Below are positions 53,150 to 58,340 of a DNA stretch of 58,340 nt, in pieces (position 1 is the stretch's first letter; every line of letters begins with the position of its first letter). The stretch covers positions 71,877,057 to 71,935,396 of the forward strand of contig NC_068986.1 of assembly GCF_001194135.2 (NCBI RefSeq), read 5' to 3'. Both the position numbers and the translations under genes were made by a program. The DNA is from Octopus bimaculoides. Its lineage: Eukaryota. The notes beneath the pieces were generated by a model. That model searched no databases, was not told the DNA's origin, and saw nothing but the letters and a program-made list of their open reading frames with translations.

Positions 53150-53420
53150 TAGATACGATTGGCTTTCTGAAACGAAGCAGTGATGTGTCTTCACCTGAAT
53201 AAAACAAATGAGGTGACGTCAGGCATGTTGTTGCGCAGTGCGCTTCTTATGTATGCGGAAAATTAATTCTAGTAGTTATTTTAAATCCTGATCACGACTC
53301 ACACGTTATTTCAATATGATGTGAATTACTTATATACCACCGTAAGCATATTCCCTCATCGATGACGTCAGAAGTTGCTTAAATCTTTCCAACTGAGTAA
53401 TGCGTCGCTATGGTTGCGTT
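53150..53420. promoter_or_regulatory. Candidate CRE-containing promoter/enhancer
   Basis: Two perfect TGACGTCA palindromes (53214-53221 and 53363-53370), a reverse CCAAT (gattgg, ~53157) and raised CpG content in unique sequence. Motif-only evidence. Confidence 0.3.
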
Positions 53421-53429
53421 GGCGTTCTC

Positions 53430-53501
<72 letters not shown>

Positions 53502-54825
53502 GTTGTTGTTATTATTATTATTATTATTTTGTCTGTTTCATCTATACAAGTCAATAGGTAATGTCTGTCTTCAAACATTACTATTCCTGTTCCTGTATAG
53601 CCTACTTTTTTCTCGATCGAATAACAAAGTACACCTTTATCGATCTGCGTGTACATTAAGTTTATGTTGTCACGCATCGTTATATTTACGAACTTAATAT
53701 ATGTTATAAGTAAGCAAATGTTGAACATATATGTCTATTAACTCTTTTTTTCCTTGCATCTACTTAATTGTCAGATGAGTTTAAATGAATGTTCATGGAA
53801 GCTGTGGTATAAACGGGAGTTACGTTTGAAGTATTTATTATTTTGATTGATATAAAGAGCGGTTACACTTGTTTATGTATGAAGCATATTACTGACTTGT
53901 AAAAAGTGTGTGACAAAATGAACATTCGCTGTCACTGTGGAGGCATCCGGTTAGTTGATTGTGAGTGAAATATGTTCTAACATTTAATAATTTATCTAAC
54001 ATTTAATATCAGAAAATGTTAATAGATGTGTCCATCAGAGGCTTGGTTGTTTCTAAAACTGTAGGTGTTTAGTTGATATGAAATATTAGTTAATGTGAGA
54101 TAAGTGGATTAAAAGATTTCCAAGCGCACATGCGCTGAGTTTGAAACGTGTAAAGTCAAGTAGATTAATGATGTCATAAATTGCTTCATGATCTGCGTCA
54201 TTTCAGTTATCAAAATGGAAAATAACACGTGTTTAATGCTATAATCGAATATCTATGGTTATACACAATATGTTCTAGATAGTCTCAATCATTGCCATAA
54301 TAGAAGTGAAAGTGAAATTATTTGTCGTCTGTTCCGTATAATTACTACCTAGTTTCACAATGAAATATATTTTGAAAGTGATCGTCTGTAACAGTGAAAT
54401 TATTATTTATTACACAATATTGAAATTTTAAACTCTCGAACATTTATGGAATGTTCAGTTAACTATTTATGCAATTCAGCCTTTAATATGATTACAGTAA
54501 TCTCTAGTCAGACACTTAAAATAACAACTAACTGTGAACTAGTTGATCACCAGTCATCAATAAAAACTGTTCAACAACTACCTTATATACGCCCTTCGTT
54601 TCTGCATTGGAACTTACTAACATACAAATACCATCTTTCTCTTTCTTTATATTTATGTGGCTATACGCTAGTGACAGTACATGTCTAAATTTATCATGTA
54701 TGATTTATATCTATTTACATATAGGTGTGCATGTGTATGCACATATAAATACATACCTACATATATGTTTGTATGTGTGTGTGTGTATGTATATGTATAT
54801 GTGTGTGTGTGTGTGNNNNNNNNNN

Positions 54826-54881
<56 letters not shown>

Positions 54882-55059
54882 CGATCCCTTAAAACTTAAA
54901 AATACAGGTTGTAGTTGATTAGATATTTATGATGCCGTTTTGATAAAAAAAATAAAAATCTACTTTGGAATTTTGGATTTTTTTTTCCTGTAGAGCAAGG
55001 CTCTATTAATAAAGCTTTATATGGAAAGTATTAAAGCGTTTTCTATTTTTACACTGGTT

Positions 55060-55236
55060 TCAAATTTTGGCACAAGGCCAGCAATTTAAGGTATGGGACA
55101 TCGACCTCAGTGCTCAGTTGGTACGTAACTTATCGACCCGAAAGGATGAAAGGCGAAGACGACCTCAGCGGAATTTGAACTCAGAACACTAAACATTTTG
55201 CCCGGCGTGCTAATGTGTCTGCCAACTCGCTGCCCT
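55060..55236 (-). mobile_element. SINE family A copy (reverse)
   Basis: Reverse complement of the family body including agggcagcgagttggcag. Confidence 0.85.
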
Positions 55237-55264
55237 ATATTTATTTTCATATTACTACAAATGT

Positions 55265-55479
55265 AAGGCGGCAAGCTAGCAGAATCGTTAGCACGTCGGG
55301 CTAAATGCTTACCAGCATCTTGTCCATCTTTACATTCTGAGTTCAAATTCCGCAGAGGTCGACTTTAGCGTTCATCTTTTCGAGGTCGACAAAATAAGTA
55401 GTAGTTAAATACTAGAGTCAATGTAATCAGCTTACACCTGCCCCCGAAACTGCTGGCCTTTTGCCAAAATTTGTAACCA
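55265..55479 (+). mobile_element. SINE family A copy with 16-bp target-site duplication
   Basis: atattactacaaatgt occurs at both 55249-55264 and 55480-55495. Confidence 0.9.
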
Positions 55480-55589
55480 ATATTACTACAAATGTTAAAT
55501 GTGTGTTTTGAAATTATTGTTTCTTTTAATGGTTGCTTCATATACATTAAACCAGTGTTTCCCACCCTATTTTCCCCTCGACTTCACTA

Positions 55590-55725
55590 TAGCTTTCCAG
55601 AAAAATTTATGCCTCACCGGTGGTCGACGAAGAACTTTGCTCGAAACGTCAAAAACACTCTCTTTCGCAGAGCGTCAAACTAATACATTCCATGTGACGT
55701 ATTCTTGTTTGTTATTGTTATTTTG
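55590..55725 (+). mobile_element. Short repeat with hammerhead-like motif (same family as 14440-14560)
   Basis: TCGACGA-AGAAC-TTT-GCTC-GAAAC-GTC at 55624-55650, followed by gagcgtcaaactaataca. Confidence 0.6.
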
Positions 55726-56139
55726 AACGTTGTTTATTCGATTTGACTATAGGTAGATTTTCACAGTTCCATGTCCCACTAAAAAAAAAGAAAAAAATTT
55801 GGATCTCACGCCCCATCACAATTTTCCCAGGCCCCACCAGTGGGAATTACGCCCCATGCTGGGAATCACTACATTAAACCGTTTCATAGTTTCACTTGAT
55901 CTTATTCTATTCTCAACTTGATTAAATATTTTTATTTTCTTTATCAGAGAAATGGACTTCCTAGTTTGTTTTTGATTTAACAAAAATATAAATAAATATA
56001 GCTTACGTACTACTTTATCATGAGATCTGAGTTATTATCTTAGAAGTAATATGAACATGAAATGAAAGGGTAATATTATAAAAACTCTGAAGAGAAAATG
56101 ATGGAATGATATACGTAAATATATTCTTAGTGATATAGA

Positions 56140-56210
<71 letters not shown>

Positions 56211-56499
56211 TCGACCAAAACCAAAACTATGCTAACGAGAAACCTTGCAAACTGCATTCCCTGGGAGACAAGGACCGATTCTGTGTGTGTGCGAGTGTGT
56301 GAGTGTGTGAGTGTGTGCGCGCGCATATGTATACGTATATATGTATGTATATGTGATGTATGCATGTTCTGTGCGTGTGTGTATATGTGTGTGTGTGTGT
56401 ATGTATCTATGTCTTTACTTTTTATTACACTTGTCTGACCTTCCAATATTAGTTTTTAATCAAAAATTCCAGAAAGAATTGTAATTCTGTGAAGAAATA

Positions 56500-57255
56500 G
56501 TGGACCACAGATAGGTGGAAATGCGGAAACGGGATTTCTGTATGTAAAAGGGAGCAGGCAATTGGGCAAAATGTCGCCTGGCAAATTATTTGGAAGTGGA
56601 ACACGTAAACGACCAAATTCTTGATTCAGGGTCCTGTGATGTTCTCTTAAGCGCCTCCAAACTATTTAAATGGGGTTTAGTGAACTGCAGCCTCGCATGC
56701 CACCTGTGCTCTATGATGTGGACCTTCGAACATATCCAAAGCAATTACATCTAGATACGTGAGGAACACCATCGATAGACCTGCTCTCAGATTTTCAAGT
56801 TTGTCCACGATATAATCAGCAAGATGATCAGTGATAGGAGGGAAATCCAACTCTATAATGATAGCAAAAGAGGCAGCCTTTATTAAAGAAGGAAAGCGGC
56901 TTAACAAAAAAAAAGACGATAAGTGCTTTGATGGTTTACTTACGACAGCACACGATTGGGTAATGGAAACTGAGTTGGAGATGAAGGTAACATTTTCATC
57001 ACATGCTTCCCAGTCATCGTTGGGAACAGAAGATGGAGGAGGTACCAGAGAACTAGGTACCAGGAGTTGAGGGAATGTTATTGCAAGAATAAGTAGAGAA
57101 CTAGGTGTTTGCCCGTGGAGGTTGGTAGTCAAGGGGTCGCAGATCGTTTTCAATGGAAGACTGAACGTTACAGAAATCAATGGAAAAGGGTTGTCAAGAA
57201 CAATGTAGAGACGCTGCCGAGATAGCACCGAAATGGCTCTGGCTAAAATGAGGTA
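56500..57255 (+). mobile_element. HERO-like REL non-LTR retrotransposon, 3' fragment
   Basis: KFLI..SCDVL.SASKLFKWG...CHLC..WTFEHI (CCHC), FIKEG, LLTTAHDWVMETELEMKVTFSSH, WE..MEE / RYQEL.EC....TRCLPVEVGSQG and AAEIAPKWLWLK follow HERO-clade motif order. The RPD-ELTV segment appears deleted. Confidence 0.8.
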
Positions 57256-57261
57256 ATCAGT

Positions 57262-58005
57262 TAGGACTGGCTGTGTGGTAAGAAGCTTGCTTCCCAACTA
57301 CATGGTTTTTGGTTTAGACCCACTGCGTGGCACTTGGGCAAGTTACTTCTACTATAGGCTCGGGCTGATTAAAGCCTTGTGGCTGTATTTGGATGACGAA
57401 AACTGAAGGAATCGCGTCGTATATATAAATGTGTGTGTGTGTGTGTGTGTGTGTGTGTNNNNNNNNNNNNNNNNNNNNNNNNNNNNNNNNNNNNNNNNNN
57501 NNNNNNNNNNNNNNNNNNNNNNNNNNNNNNNNNNNNNNNNNNNNNNNNNNNNNNNNNNNNNNNNNNNNNNNNNNNNNNNNNNNNNNNNNNNNNNNNNNNN
57601 NNNNNNNNNNNNNNNNNNNNNNNNNNNNNNNNNNNNNNNNNNNNNNNNNNNNNNNNNNNNNNNNNNNNNNNNNNNNNNNNNNNNNNNNNNNNNNNNNNNN
57701 NNNNNNNNNNNNNNNNNNNNNNNNNNNNNNNNNNNNNNNNNNNNNNNNNNNNNNNNNNNNNNNGTGTGCGTGTGCGTGTGCGTGTGTGTGTGTTGGTGTG
57801 TGTGTGTTTGTCACCACCATCAGTTGACAACCGATGTTGGTGTGTTTACGTCTCTGTAACTTAGTGGTTCGGCAAAAGAGACCGATACAATAAGTACTAA
57901 GCCTACAAAGAATAAGTCCTAGGGTCGCTTTGTTCAACTAAAGGCGGTGCTCCAACATGGCCTCAATTAAATGACTGAAACAGGGAAAAGAATAAAAGAA
58001 ATAAT
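57262..58005 (+). mobile_element. SINE family B with expanded internal (GT)n spanning an N gap
   Basis: 5' half at 57262-57430 (cttgggcaagttacttct) and 3' half at 57800-58005. Confidence 0.85.
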
Positions 58006-58340
58006 ATACACCCGCCTCTTTCTATCCAAATTCCATGGAATAGCATTGAGCGCTGGCATAGGTTTCTGACCTTTTGTCCACTTTGGTTTCTTTCTGTACA
58101 CTGAGTCATTTTTTCTATGCTTTTCTCTTTCTTAATTTTGATAAAGGACTAATGTACGAAAAGTTAAAACATTTTCTCTTTCTCTTCAAGAATTTAGTTA
58201 ATACCATATTTTACAAACTTTTCTCCTTCTGTGCTGTTCTTTGCATTGTATTCACATTGTATATGCATTTGTGTATACATGCATGCATGTATGTATGCAA
58301 GTTTGTATGTGTGCGTATTTATGTATATATATGTATGTGC

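Noticed and set aside
56677-57297. 206-aa minus-strand ORF as a novel gene
   Set aside because: It is the antisense shadow of the plus-strand HERO-like remnant.

Overview
AT-rich eukaryotic genomic DNA from a draft assembly. Most long N-gaps sit next to microsatellites. The SINE families, dense (CA)n/(TA)n/(TAA)n/(GA)n repeats and LINE content point to an octopus (coleoid cephalopod) scaffold; this is an inference. I could not confidently identify any host protein-coding gene, and nearly all listed ORFs are low-complexity or N-spanning artefacts. The window is mostly degraded transposable elements: (i) about 9 fragments of R4/Dong-type restriction-endonuclease-like (REL) non-LTR retrotransposons from several distinct lineages, most embedded in (TAA)n arrays; (ii) a HERO-like REL element; (iii) Tx1/L1, CR1/L2-like and other APE-type LINE fragments; (iv) several Penelope-like elements (PLEs) and two hammerhead-like motifs; (v) a 3'-truncated Chapaev3 (CMC) DNA transposon with one intact terminus, bracketed by a 58-bp inverted repeat of PLE-like sequence; (vi) a mariner fragment; (vii) two tRNA-derived SINE families; and (viii) two copies of an unclassified ~0.45-0.6 kb non-coding element sitting in or beside TAA arrays. 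A recursive-splice-site-like motif and several candidate micro-exons suggest that part of the window may be intronic to a large gene. All family assignments come from manual motif recognition, not database searches, and most boundaries are approximate.
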